The notes below the pieces were generated by a model, which made no database searches, had not been told where the DNA came from, and was given only the letters and a program-made list of their open reading frames with translations. A DNA stretch of 64,000 nucleotides, from the NCBI RefSeq assembly GCF_006345805.1, contig NC_043005.1:93806001-93870000 (forward strand). Direction: 5' to 3'. Numbering within the stretch: the stretch's first letter is position 1; each line of letters begins with the position of its first letter. This stretch comes from Octopus sinensis. Lineage: Eukaryota. This document shows positions 51,520 through 64,000 of the stretch, in pieces. A program made the position numbers and the translations under genes.

Positions 51520-53640
51520 CAATTCATCATCATCATCCTTTAACATCTGTTGTCCATGCTGGCATGGATTGGACAGTTTGACCAGGGCTGACAAGCTGTA
51601 CCAGACTCCATTCTGATTGGGTATGGTTTCTACAGGTGGATGCCCTTCCTAATGCCAACCACTTTACAGAGTGTACTGGGTGCTTTTAGATGGCACCGCT
51701 CACTCTTAATACTTCTGCTGCAGAGTACAGATCTTGAGTACAGCAAGGCACCAGGCATCTTGGTCCTTTGTCATTTCACCTGAAAGGTTCAGTGTCCTGA
51801 GGTCGTTCAGTACTTCATCTTATGTCTTCCACTTCCACATGTTCCATCTACTTTGAGAGATCAACATTTCTTTATGGAGCTGTTGGCATCTGTCCACATC
51901 ACATGACCAAACCAGTGCAGTCTTCACTCTTGCACATAACAACTAATTCCTCTTATGCCTAACTTCTCTCTCAGAACACTAGCACTCTGTTGAACATGAA
52001 CACTTACATTACACATCCAGCGAACATACTGGCTTCATTTCTTTCTAACCTTCACATGTTCCCTGCATACAGGCCTCACATCTCACTACCATGTAGAATT
52101 GCTGTCCATATACATGCATCATACAATCTTCCTTTCACAGCCAACAGAGGTAAAAGTTCTCTGAAATTCCTCCATCCTATTCTTATCCTAGTTATCACAC
52201 TCTCTGTGCATCCTCCCCACTTAATTTGGTCCCTTAAGTAACAGAAATTATCTACTACCTCTAATGAACCACCAGGGCCTTTGAGAGAATCAATTTCCCA
52301 AGTCTCCAAAGTTTTTATGGATCCTCTGCATACGGAAGCTATCTTCTCTGATAATCTTCCTTATCATTCCACTGTACCATTTGTGTATCCATAACTTTCA
52401 CTGGGGACACCATATGGAGTAGGAACTCCTACACCTTTCCTACAAATTGAACAGGGTCACCTAGCTGATGGGTGGACTAGGGTCCTGTTAGTTTTCTTGC
52501 TTATTAGGACCTTAGCCGTTGCTAAGTTAACCGTAAGGCCCTTAGATTCCAGGTTTTACTTCCAAACCTGGAATTTTTTCTTCTAGCTCTAACATAGAAT
52601 CTGCTATGAAGGCAAGATCATCAGCACATTGTAGTTTCTAGGGGCTGCTGGTCTTGAATTCCTCTGTTATGGCCTGAAAGATAATGATGAAAAGGAGGGA
52701 CTGAGGGCTGAGCGTTGATGAACCCCCTAACTGTACACCAAATTCTTCACTGTACTCGTGGTTAACTCTCACCTTACTGACAGCATCAATCCCTAGCCTC
52801 CTCACTTGCCACTCATCTATCCCTAGCCTCCTCAGAGCCCACCATGTCACACAGCAGGGCACTCTATCAAAGGCTTTCTCTAGATCAACAAATGCCAAGT
52901 ATAATGGTTTATTCTTAGCTAAGTACTTCTCTTGCAGTTGTCTGGCTATGAAAATAGCGTCAGTAGTGCTTCTTCCTTGGACAAAGCTGAACTGCATTTC
53001 ATCCAGCCTAATAATTGGGCAATAACTCCGTAATTTTCATAACCTGGTCCAGTAGTTTGATGCCTCTGTAATTAACTTCTATCTAATGCATCACCCTTAC
53101 CCTTCTAACAGTTAACAATTATGCTCTTATGCCAGTCACTGGCTATTACACCTTCCTGAATAACCTGATTAACCTTCCTACCTTACCGGCTATTTTGGAG
53201 CATATCAACTATGATTCTGGATGACCAAGGGCTTTCCCAGTTTTCATATTTTTAATTGCCTTATCTACCACTAGGATAGCTGGTCCCTCTGTTTGGTTCA
53301 CACGCGGGAGACTCCCTTTATTCCATTCATTCCCTACATTCAACAGTCTCATATAGTAACTTTTCCAGGCTTCTTTCTTGTCCACATCATTGAGTGCAAG
53401 CATACCATTATCCATTCACACACAGTTCTCTCCTACAATATCTTGATTCTTACTGACAATTTGTCTGGCAACCCAGAATATTTCAAATCTCTCATCTTCA
53501 TGCTGTAGGACTTAGGCAAACTTTTCTCTTTTCTGCTTCTAGATAAACTTGACGTCTAGTCTTCTAGCCTTCTGATATGATTCTTTGCTACAAGCCCCTC
53601 TTTTCCACTCTGTCTCTTTTCTTTTGTGGCCCTGTCAATG
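51520..53640 (-). mobile_element. Degenerate RTE-clade LINE
   Basis: FVQGRSTTDAIFIARQLQEKYLAKNKPLYLAFVDLEKAFDRVP in 52638-52997. GWRNFRELLPLL in 52076-52309. (CAT)n tail near 51525. Confidence 0.88.
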
Positions 53641-54544
53641 TCACTTTTCCACCACCACATCACCCTTAGTCTGGCAGAGGCTTTGCTCCAACCACAAATT
53701 CAGTCTGTTGCCCTTAGTAGATTGTCCTGTAGGATAATTAAATGTAAATACTTAAGAAACTGATTACTATTCATTTTTAAAATATGGCACATTATCATGT
53801 GATGTATGAAGTATTGAGTTGTAACTCAGTCAGAGCACTACTTAAAATTCATTTGACATATTTTCAACAACTGGAAATAAATTGTACACCATTTAAACTA
53901 TAGTAAAAGCATTTTTTTATTAACATTTTATTTTATTTTCACCTCATAATTTCTTCCTAATATTAAAAAATTTTTCTCTATAGAATCTTTTCTGTTACAA
54001 TTAACTCTGTCTGATGTTCCTGGCTATCAGTTCCTAAAATACACTGGTTAACCATATCTATACATAACAGACATATTAGACTGTAAAATGTAGAACCTGG
54101 TGAATAATCATGTTGATTTCTAACAAAAGTATATCATCAGTATTTAGCATTTGCTTTCCATGCTTACATGGGTTGGATGATTCAACAGGAGCTGGTAAGC
54201 TAGAGGACTGTGCCAAGTGCCAATATCTTCCTAAAACTACCCAGGTGCTTTTTTACATGGTACTAGTAAGGCCACCAAGTGACTTGCAAACTAAGGCTCT
54301 TCCACTGAGAAGGGGAGGGCAGAATTGAGGGGGTGGGGTTTGTGCAAGGTGATGAGAGGGACAGAAACAAGTGTCTTGCGGAACAGGAGATACATGGATA
54401 CTTTGGTTGGAAAAGAGAGAAAATGGTGAAGATGTGTCAGGGCATATCCTCAAGCTGCTAGATGATTCTTAGAGAAGTGACACCCCATGGTTCAAATTTA
54501 GGAAGCAGAAGGTGGTATAATTGATTATATCCCTGGTGAAGAAC

Positions 54545-55907
54545 GCCCCCCCCACCAGTATAAGTTAGTCATCAGCAACTTTAGCAAGAAGGATTCCAAG
54601 AAGCAGACCTGTCTAGAAAAGAAGGATTTGGAAGCTTAAGGATCCTTTAGATGGTCAAAAATTTAAGGACACCCTAATTGAGAAATTTAACAAAGAGGAG
54701 GAGGAACTACAGATATGTAACATAGAGGATTACTGGAAGTTCCTATGAGATAGTTTGCTGAGTGCCACAAACTAAATCAGTGGCAGGTGCAAAGACTCAA
54801 CCAGAGCTAGGGTGATGTGGTGGTGGAAAAGTGTTGTAGACAAGGCCATTAGCATAAAAAAAAGGGCCTGGAAGAATGGTAGTAGCAGAAAACTATATCA
54901 GGTAGATAGAAGGGAAGCTAAAAGACAGGTATACTTAGACAGGGGAGAAGACTGGCTGCCCTTGGGAGCTCCTCTACACTGATGACCTTGTTCTTATTGC
55001 TGAAGGAATTTCAGGCGTGGAAGAAAGGGCTGGAATCAAAGGGCCTTAGAGTTAATTTAGCAAAGACCAAAATCCTAATAAGCAAGGAAACAAACCACAG
55101 AGCCCTTCAGGGTGATGGCTCAGCTCAATATGTAGAAAAGGTTTCAATAAAAACTCCATACAGTGTACCCAGTGTAAGCTATGGACACTGGAAGATTAAC
55201 AGAGAAAGTTGTCTTTACATGTGGCAGATGTGTAGGGACATTAAACATTGGTCATGTATAGAAAATACACTCTCTCAAATGTCTGCAGGGGTCTCCTTAG
55301 AAGTAGCAGACAGTTTCTGTTATCTAGGTGACCAAATTATCAGTGGTGGTGGTGGGTGTTCCAAAAGCATAGCTGCTAGAATAAGAACAGGCTGGGAAAA
55401 GTTCAGAGAGCTGAAAACTTTGTTGCTAACAAAGGGCCTCTCCCTCACACTGAAAGGCAAACTGTATGATTGTGATTACTGTGAGTATGCGAAGACTTGA
55501 AAGAAATAAAGTCAATATGCTCGGCTGGATGGATAATATCTGTGTGCATATACAACAGAGTGTAAGTGATTTGAGATGAAAACTGGGTATACAAAGCATC
55601 AAATGTAGTGTGCACGAGAGAAGACTGTGCTGGTTTAGTCATGTGATATGGATGAATGAGGACAGCTGCATCAAAAGTGCTGATCTCTAAGTGTCCATAC
55701 TGGTGCCATGTAAATGCACTTGTGTTGGTGCTGAGTAAAAGCACCCAGTACACTCTGTAAAGTGGTTGGTGTTAGGAAGGGTATCCAGCAGAAGAAATAA
55801 TGCCAAAACAGACAGGGAGTCCAGGCAGCCCTTCTGCTGGTCAGCTTCTGTCAAACCATCCGACACATGCCAACATGGAAAACGCATGTTAAATGATAAT
55901 GATGATG
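54545..55907 (+). mobile_element. Degenerate RTE-clade LINE
   Basis: PWELLYTDDL..GLESKGLRVNLAKTK..GWEKFREL in 54982-55500. 3' UTR and GAT tail. Confidence 0.88.
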
Positions 55908-58527
55908 AATTCCAAAATCCGATTAGAAATTTTCTTATCAACCCAGAAAGGCTAAAAAGGCAAAGATTAACTGAGCAAAACAGAACCACAAGATATAAAG
56001 GTACAATAGCTTTCAGCTGTCTCTCCCTCTAACATTTATACCATAACCATTCACTGCTGGTTCTGCTGATACATTGCAGTCGGCTTTTCCTTGCTAGGTT
56101 ATCATCTTCCACTTTGGTTAAGATATTTATAAAGTTCTACGGTGGGATAGTAACACTTGAGCAGTTCTTTGATAAGGTTTGGCTCAGGTGTATTTAGGTC
56201 ACCTTCAGCCTCAAGTGAAATGGACCAGATATGTCTTACATGAACACAGGCAATACTGAGGTCACAATATGCTCCATTTCAGGTCAGTTTTAGTTTTTGT
56301 AAATGAAAGAAAGCTGTGTGTGTGTGGGAGGGAGGGAGAGAGATAGAGAAAGAGAGAGAGAGAGAGAGAGAGAGTGCATGAGCACACGTGCTTAGGTGTG
56401 TGCATTCTGTTATCCTTTACTGTTTGTTGTCAATGGATTGTGGCTATGCTGGAGTAACACCTTCTAAAGTTAAAAAAAGAAACAACTTAGTTGATTGTCG
56501 GCACTTTGCTTCATATTTTAATGACGTTGAAGGAGAACGAAGGGAGATAACTGTGATAAACCGAAATTAAGTATTCTTGTACAAGGCTAAGTTTTATTGT
56601 TGACACAAGGCTATGATTCCATGCAGTGAGATCAAACTGGGGATTAATGCGACTGTGAAGTGAATCCATACAGTCATCTCTGCAGGTTGTATAAAAAAAA
56701 CAAACCAGTCAGTATGATAGAATTAGATAAAGTCCATTAATGGTAACAGTTTCACTGAGTGAAAAACCAATCAGTAACATTACTTTTTGTCCCACTGCAA
56801 TTGAGACGTACTCGTTCATCATCGTTTACGTCCGCTTTCCAAGCTGGCATGGGTTGGACGGTTTGACTGAGGACTGGCGAACCAGAATCTGCACCAGGCT
56901 CCAATCTGATCTGGCAGAGTTTCTACAGTTGGATGCCCTTCCTAACACCAACCACTCCGAGAGTGTGCTTTTACATGCCACCGGCACGAGGGCCAGTCAG
57001 GCGGTACTGACAACGGCTATGCTCAAATGGTGTTTTTTACATGCCACCTGTTTATATTTTATACGACTAGCAAGCATTGGTCACCCAATGGGGCTGATTA
57101 TATCAATTATGTACCTAAAAAATTGAGGCTTGTGTAAAGACAAACAGTTTTATTATTAACAATTTATTATAATTGAACCTCGTATCTATTTTGTTGCGGA
57201 TTAAACAAAGAATCATCATCATTATCTTGTCTATACTGGCGTTTTTTTGGCAGTGGTTAGATTTATTGACTGATTTCATTGATGGTTAAAAGTCATTAGA
57301 TAATTATATAAATATTTTATTTCCTTAGTAAGGTGGTGAGCCAGTAGAATTGTTAGCATGCTGGGTAAAATGCTTAGCAGTGTTTTGTCTATCTTTATGG
57401 TCTGAGTTCAAATTCTGCCAAGGGGTGATAAAAAAAGTATCAGTTGAGCACTGGGGTTGATGTAATTGGTTTACCCCCTTCCCCGAAATTGCTGGCCTTG
57501 TGCTAAAATTGAAAACAATATTTTGTTTCCTTAGTAGTTAAGATGTTATTGTCTAAAATTTATTTTAAAAAATCCATTTCTTAATCTTTTAGTCTTTTTG
57601 CCCTTAATCCTTTACAAGGTCTTAAAGACTAGTGGGAAGGAGGGAAGAAGCTATCCTCAAATTGAAGCCCTGGCCCAAATGCTTGCAACAGAAACAGACT
57701 CTACTAAAGGTACCCAAAATGCCAGTTGGTGATGGATTAAACTAAGTGACAGATTAAGTGTATCACTTAAGCAGGCCTTGCTGGGATTTGAACTCAGAAT
57801 ACAGAGTCAAAACAAATACTTACTCCAAGATTCTTACAGTTCTATTAATCTACCACCCTGGATTGATACTTCTTTAATCAACATTCCCCCATTCTCCCAA
57901 AGGATGAAAGCAAAGTTGACTTTGGTGAGATTTGAACAGAGCACAGAGTGCCAAACCAAATGCTGTAAGGCAATTTATCTGATACTCTATGACTCTGTCA
58001 ATTGAACATCTTTGTGAAAGGTGTTGAAAACCTGTGAATGAAATAAAAGTTTGTGTGTTCAAATCTTAACCTGAAGGTGTGCAAGTGAGTGTGTGCACAC
58101 ATGGTGTTATGTTTGTGCAATGAGACTACACAGAGAAGATTGGAAAATATAAGAACTGACATGCTAACGTAAGCAGAAATATAAGAGAGGTTAATAAGTT
58201 GTTCAGTCTAACTTGTTACAGATTGATTTAATGTCTTAATAATTTTTATGTCTGCTTTCCAAGCTGACGTGGATTGGATGGTTTAATAGGATCAAACAAG
58301 TCACAGGATCATATCTTACTAGCACAAAGCATTTTACAGAGTGTACTGGGTGCTTTTTGTTTTTGTTGTACCAGCACTAGTGAGTTTGATTTGTACCTTG
58401 CAAGACTTGAAGAGCTCCTTGGGTTTGAAATGCTAATATCTATAAAGAAACTACATGTATTGGCTTTCTTGTAATTCATGGACAGCAATTGACTGAATTA
58501 TAAAAATATCAAAAAGTCGTTTCTTAC

Positions 58528-58644
58528 CAAAAGTCCCATGATGCCAGTTGCTACATAATCTGCATCAATGTATTTCACAAAGGGGCTTAATTCTTTAGTC
58601 ACAAATATAATTAACATTACACCAACTAGTCGGATAAGTTTCAC
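58528..58644 (-). CDS. OCRL: OCRL-like exon (VKLIRLVGVMLIIFVTKELSPFVKYIDADYVATGIMGLL)
   Basis: tttccag acceptor, TTG|gtaaga donor, 117 nt. RLVG and TGIMG motifs. Confidence 0.95.
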
Positions 58645-59074
58645 CTGGAAATAAAAATATCATTAGTGTTAAGTTAATTAATAGGAACCTTCATATCTAT
58701 AAATAAATTGTATTGTTTCAAGCAAATAACAAGATGAATTTCTTTCTGTTGAGCAATTCCAGTTGGGAACCAAGCTGATAGCTCTGGTGGAGTTGTATGG
58801 AAAAAAAACACCGGAGTCTGTTGAGGTTTTGATAAACAACAATTTATTGTTTTTGTACACAAAAAAATGAATGCTGTCATTACTATGGATGACAAAATGT
58901 TGAGAGAGTTTGTGTTCTTGGTGTAGTTGTAGCAGCAGATAAAGCGTTATTAGTTGCTTGCTGGCTACTGACTTCTAATGTCGTTTGTCCTCTGTCCATT
59001 GCCTTTGTGTTGTCAACTGCTGTCTCAGTTGGCCAACTCCTAGAGCGTCTGTCGATGCTACACCCCAAAGCTTT

Positions 59075-59678
59075 CTGTCTAGTAGCCGAGAACGAAAAGC
59101 AGATTGTACAATGCCTGTGTATGTACAGTTATGCTACATGGCAGTGAAACATGGGCTTTGACTACAGGGGATGTGCAAAAGCTTGAAAAAAGCTAGCATG
59201 CTCCACTGGATGGATAATGTCAATATGCACACATGGCAGATGTTGTGTGCAGGAGACAAGACAGTGCTGGCTTGGTCATGTGATGCATATGGACGAGGAC
59301 AGCTTTATTAAGAAGTGCCAAGCTCTAATTGTGGAGGGAACCTATGGAAGGGGTAGACCCAGGAAGACAGGAGACGAAGTGGTGAGAAAGGATCTTCAAA
59401 CACTGGGTCTCATCAAGCTAAGGAAAACTGCTGTCCTCCATACATACAGGCTTGTCCTTTACAAGTGTTGGTGCCACATGGAATGCACTTGTATCAGTGC
59501 TGCGTAAATGCACCCAGCACACTCTGTAAAGTGGTTGACATTAGGAAGGGCATCCAGCCATAGAAACCATCACACAACAGACAATTGGAGCCTGGACAGC
59601 TCACCGGCTGACCAGCTCCTGTCAAACTGTCCAACCCATACCAACACGGAAAGCAGACATTAAACGCTGATGATGATG
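59075..59678 (+). mobile_element. RTE-clade LINE 3' fragment
   Basis: WLGHVMHMDEDSFIKKC..GRGRPRKT in 59217-59507. GAT tail near 59670. Confidence 0.8.
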
Positions 59679-60253
59679 TTGTTGAAAGGCTGAGAAGGAA
59701 GTGCGCCAACGGAAAAGATCTTTGCTGGAGCCTATTTGATACAAAGTTGTGATTGATCAGATTTTGTTTATCACGTGGGCAATATTCTAGTGAATTTTAA
59801 TATCGAGCGATTGCTAAACATTCCTGCTGCAGAATATTCTATGAACATGAGATGACTAAATATTTCTATTTGTATAATTTTATTTATTTTTAATCATTCT
59901 CTTATTTTCCTTCTGGTGAAAGAAATGTTCTTTATGGCCACAGATAAAGATGTCTGGATTTACCCATCGTCTGTAGAGTTCTGAGATGTAATATAAGATT
60001 TTGGCAGAAAAAGAGATTGTTTTACAAAGGATTTAAACATCCTTTTTTGGGCTGGTGGGTTTTGCAGTTTGCAATATAGTTGGCTCAACCAGAAAATCTT
60101 CAAAAGCTGTGAACGTACAATAGTTAAAATTCTTGCCACAGTAATTAGAATATATGTAGAAGACTTTATCATCAGCATAAAAAAGAAATAGTTATTTAAT
60201 TGTACAGCGAAATCATGTTCATTATATATACTTTCCTCTTCTTTAAACCTTAC

Positions 60254-60368
60254 CTTTTTATATTTAGCTTTAGGATGGAGGCAAGATGTTACCATTTGTA
60301 GCCACTCTCCTTCTTTGGGGGATTCACTAAAAATGAAAGCTTCTTTACTGAGATCCAGCTCTTGAAAC
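60254..60368 (-). CDS. OCRL: OCRL-like exon ([38 protein letters not shown])
   Basis: tag acceptor, AAG|gtaagg donor, 115 nt, phase fits. Contains the FQELDLS motif and LHPKAKYKK. Confidence 0.96.
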
Positions 60369-60386
60369 CTAATAAAGAAAAGTATG

Positions 60387-60421
<35 letters not shown>

Positions 60422-60426
<5 letters not shown>

Positions 60427-60600
60427 CTAAACAAGAACAAGCAAGAAAAAACAACAATACAAGGACGTGGGACAAGTACTGTGTTATTGGACACTCAGGA
60501 AAAGAAAGAAAAGAAAGAGGATTCCATGTTTCGAGCAGAGCTCTTTATCAGACAGAGAAAGAAAATCGCCAACGATACACACGCAGTCACATATTGAAAA
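60422..60600 (-). mobile_element. Probable Penelope-like terminal fragment with decayed minimal hammerhead motif
   Basis: The minus strand reads CTGATAA-AGAGC-TCT-GCTC-GAAA-CATG at 60551-60525 and ends in (TA)n. The family call is from motif recognition only. Confidence 0.55.
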
Positions 60601-60949
60601 TATATATTAAAGTGCAACCCAAAGTATATTATTGCTATGCACTGAAACAATAGAAAATACTGAAAGATATAATGTTCTCCGTAAAAAAAAATTTCCTATC
60701 AAGAATTTCAGTTTGTTTTATAAAAACGATGAGCTGTGTCTTAAAGGAAATCTGAGACAAAACTTGTGCTAAAATATCTTCCAAGATATTTTTATAAAAA
60801 AAAAAAAAACTAAAAGAAAAAAAAATTCAGAATATTTTGCAGAAGGATCAGACAATCTGCTGATATTGATTCAGGTGTATAATAAAGCTGTGAAGAAAAT
60901 GAAAAGTTGGAGTCTATTTTTTCTTAACTATTAAAGGGTTTAATATGAT

Positions 60950-62057
60950 TTCAACTCTGTGCCACACAAAAGGCTTATGGTGAAACTCTCTGCAATGGGT
61001 GTGGGGGATGACCTTTTTAACTGGTTGAAATCCTTCATCCTCAGCCGAAAGGAGGTAGTCACAGTTCTAGGACAGCACTCTACACCATATGAGATGTCAT
61101 CGGGTGTACCACAGGGATCTGTCCTTGGTCCCCTCCTGTTTGTGGCATACATTAATGACATAGATGCCAATTTAAAGAATGCCACAGTATTGAAATATGC
61201 AGACGATATCAAGCTGTACCTTGAAATCAAGAGGACTGATCCTGATGTCTACAACTCTTTCCTGCAATCAGACCTAGACACAATGCAGCAATGGATCACA
61301 GACTGGCAACTGAAACTGGCTGTGGACAAGTGTACCACCATGCATTTTGGGAGAAAAAACCCTGCGTCCACATACTCCCTCCACAACACTGATATCAAGA
61401 AATCCTCTTGCGAGCGTGACCTAGGCATCACTGTCAGCAGTGATTTGCGTTGGACAAAGCATATCTCTAAAATTGTCAAGAAGGCCGAGGGTGTCTTGGC
61501 ATCACTCAGCAAGACTTTTGTTAGCCGCTCTCCAGCCATCTATTTAAAACTGTATACAGCTATGGTACGACCACACTTGGAATTCGCATCATCAGTTTGG
61601 AATCCCTATCTTGCTCAGAACATTGACCTCCTGGAATCTGTCCAGAGACGTGCAACCAAACACATACCCTCCATCAGACACCTACCATATTCTGAGCGCC
61701 TTGTTTCCCTGGGCATGGATTCACTGAAGCTCCGGCGTCTGGCGACGGACTTGGTAAACACCCACAAGGTTATCAACCACCTCACCAACAACAACACTGA
61801 ACACCTTTTTGATCTCCATGTGTCTAACACACGTGGACATGCCTACAAAGTCAGAAAACAACACAGCTCCCATGACTTTCGGAAACATTTTTTCACGCTC
61901 AGGGTTGCTGAAGCGTGGAATAAACTGCCTGCGTCAGTTGTTGACTGCCATGACACTGCATCCTTTAAGGCCCTCATGCTTTCCGAAATCCGCCGAAACT
62001 ACACCTGATTATATATACACTTTAGATGAGTTGTAGTGCACCTGAGCACTGTACACA

Positions 62058-62083
<26 letters not shown>
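60950..62083 (+). mobile_element. 5'-truncated CR1/L2-group LINE with uninterrupted 349-aa ORF2 C-terminus and (TTA)n tail
   Basis: VPHKRL, GVPQGSVLGPLLF, KYADD, RDLGI, LYTAMVRPHLE, WNKLP. Tail (ATT)n at about 62058-62083. Confidence 0.93.
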
Positions 62084-62088
<5 letters not shown>

Positions 62089-62130
62089 CAAAATTTGCTG
62101 TGGTTTTTAAGTAAAGAGTAATATACATAC

Positions 62131-62232
62131 CCAACAGCATAAATATCTGGAGGTTCGGGATCAGATGCTAACCATGTGTGGATTGAAACAGTAGGAGACT
62201 GGCCATTCACATTCCAGGTGCCACAGAAAACT
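62131..62232 (-). CDS. OCRL: OCRL/INPP5B-like 5-phosphatase, first coding exon in window ([34 protein letters not shown])
   Basis: ttcag acceptor, GG|gtatgt donor, 102 nt. The GTWNVNG motif matches human [17 protein letters not shown] as I recall it. Confidence 0.96.
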
Positions 62233-63139
62233 CTGAAGACAAAATAAAATACACATAAAAAAGGCAGCATCACTGATTTGACAACTAAAATAGTAATTTA
62301 GTAATGTCCCTCCTACTTTTGTAATGGCACCAGAGAGACAAACTGACACTTCATAAGATGGACAAGATAAATGAATTTCAAATTATGAAGAAAATATTTC
62401 AGGTTTTGAGACAAATAAAAAAAATTATATTCATTTGAAATATGACAACACTGGAACCATTCAAACTAGGACAGTATCTCAAGAATGTCACAGAAGATGA
62501 TTTAATATTTAATATCCAATTCTAGGATTGCGGAAAACAGTTTACAACTATATATTTGGGTCTGAATTATTGGATCAATTATTCTTACAACCAGTAGTAG
62601 TAGTCCCTTATTTTCATAATAATATTTTCAGAAGTAGTAGTAGTAGTAGTAGTACCTTATTGAGAATTGAACATAACCAATGGTTCTAAGGGCTGCAACA
62701 AATACCACAAGACATCTTGCTCAACTCTCTAACAGCTCTTCCATTTCACTCTCCTGGATTATTATGAAACCCCAAAAGGATGAACCTCAGTGGGATTTTC
62801 ATTCAGAGTTCAGGGAGGTAGAACAAATACCACGAGGAATTCTATTTAACACCCTAATGCCTTTGCCAATTTACCAACTTTCAGAATCATTCTATGTTTC
62901 AATAACATTTGTAAAATCCATAAACAAACCATCACAAGACAGCAAAGATTCTTTAGATTTTCACACCATATTGCTGAGACATTGACCAAAGGAAATAAAG
63001 ACAAACTTTAAGGAGTGAGGGATCAAAAAGATTAATATAAATATCAGGGAACTCTTTAGGTTTTTTTTTAAATGGTTTATTGTGAGAGGAAGAAAGGCAG
63101 CTTTCTCCTTCAATTAGCTACAACTTAGATGTTCATCAC

Positions 63140-63500
63140 CAGGAATCTCTGTCCCCCATTAGCTTTGGTAGATTCTCAATTTCCTTTGTGTATCTGTATC
63201 CATAATATCAATGTAGTTCAGTGGTCTTCATCCTGTATCAGGGGTGCAAAAGTTTCAAAAATCTAATTTTTGATATGATTTGTTGTTCAGCAGTGATTAC
63301 CAAATCTTACCCTGCATTGAACAGCAAGAGTAGGGATGGTGCAAAGTGTTTAGTAACCTCCTCTTTTGTTTGTGCTCATGTCGTGAAATGCTTCAAGACC
63401 TCACAGGAAATCTGGCAAATGTACCATCAAGATGATCTTGAGACTTCTTTTTCATGGTCCAAGTTTCAGCTACAAAGAGAAGGTTTTTTTTTTAGATACC
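63140..63500 (-). mobile_element. Degenerate RTE-like LINE C-terminal remnant (different family)
   Basis: AETWTMKKKSQDHLDGTFAR, then PLNYIDI..LM.DRDSW. Confidence 0.6.
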
Positions 63501-63657
63501 CCAAAGATTGCTAGTACCTGTGATCCTTTTTAGAGTCTCTGTGAATGGAGGGAGGATGGGAAGAAGTAATCTTCATACCAGAGACATAGTCCAAATGCTT
63601 GTTACAGAGTGAACTTTGCTATAGATACCTATGTCTCACATGTTAAACCTGGCAACA

Positions 63658-64000
63658 ACATCATCATCATCATCATCGTTTAGCGTCCGTTTTCCATGCT
63701 AGCATGGGTTGGACGGTTCTACTGGGGTCTGTGAAGCCAGAAGGCTTCATCAGGCCCAGTCAAATCTGGCAGTGTTTCTACGGCTGGATGCCCTTCCTAA
63801 CGCCAACCACTCCGTGAGTGTAGTGGGTGCTTTTTACGTGCCACCCGCACTGGTGCCAGACAGAGCTGGCAAACGGCCACGAACGGATGGTGCTTTTTAT
63901 GTGTCACCGGCACGAGGGCCAGGCGAGGCTGGCAACGGACACGAAACGGGGCGGTGCTGGCAACGGTCGCGAAACGGAAAGTTCTCTTACATGCCACCGG
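63658..64000 (-). mobile_element. CpG-rich RTE 3' UTR copy with internal short tandem repeats, running off the window end
   Basis: (CAT)n-cgtttagcgtccgttttccatgctagcatggg and repeated ggcaacgg..cga(a)acgg units. Confidence 0.8.

Noticed and set aside
60940-61830. Minus-strand ORFs over the LINE
   Set aside because: They are antisense shadows of the RT frame. The same applies to 31206-31514 and the ORFs opposite the RTE and Gypsy copies.
62233-64000. Next upstream exon of the gene
   Set aside because: None found. The AG/GT-bounded stretch near 63310-63470 translates as a LINE remnant.

Overview
This is AT-rich, microsatellite- and transposon-dense metazoan DNA. Its repeat families look like those of Octopus; that species call comes from recognising the repeats and is not verified. 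One host gene runs on the minus strand: an OCRL/INPP5B-family inositol polyphosphate 5-phosphatase with 5-phosphatase, ASH and RhoGAP-like domains. I traced 18 coding exons by hand from 62232 down to the stop at 5923 (1945 nt, about 647 codons plus stop). Splice phases are consistent across all 17 introns, and the 5' exons lie beyond the window. Two introns are minor-spliceosome (U12) type: an AT-AC intron (21435-23717) and a rarer AT-AG intron (13908-15101) with a second in-frame U12-like donor 15 nt downstream. The introns hold two degenerate Ty3/Gypsy-order LTR elements and two 5'-truncated CR1/L2-group LINEs with open ORFs. They also hold many RTE LINE fragments, R4/Dong-like fragments, Penelope-like remnants (one with a decayed hammerhead), a mariner relic, several MITEs and tRNA-derived SINEs. 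Other notable observations are a LINE/SINE shared 3' hairpin with compensatory changes, inverted SINEs bracketing a catalytic exon, and a 100-bp locally templated insertion. No prokaryotic-type system, CRISPR array or true tRNA/rRNA gene is supported.
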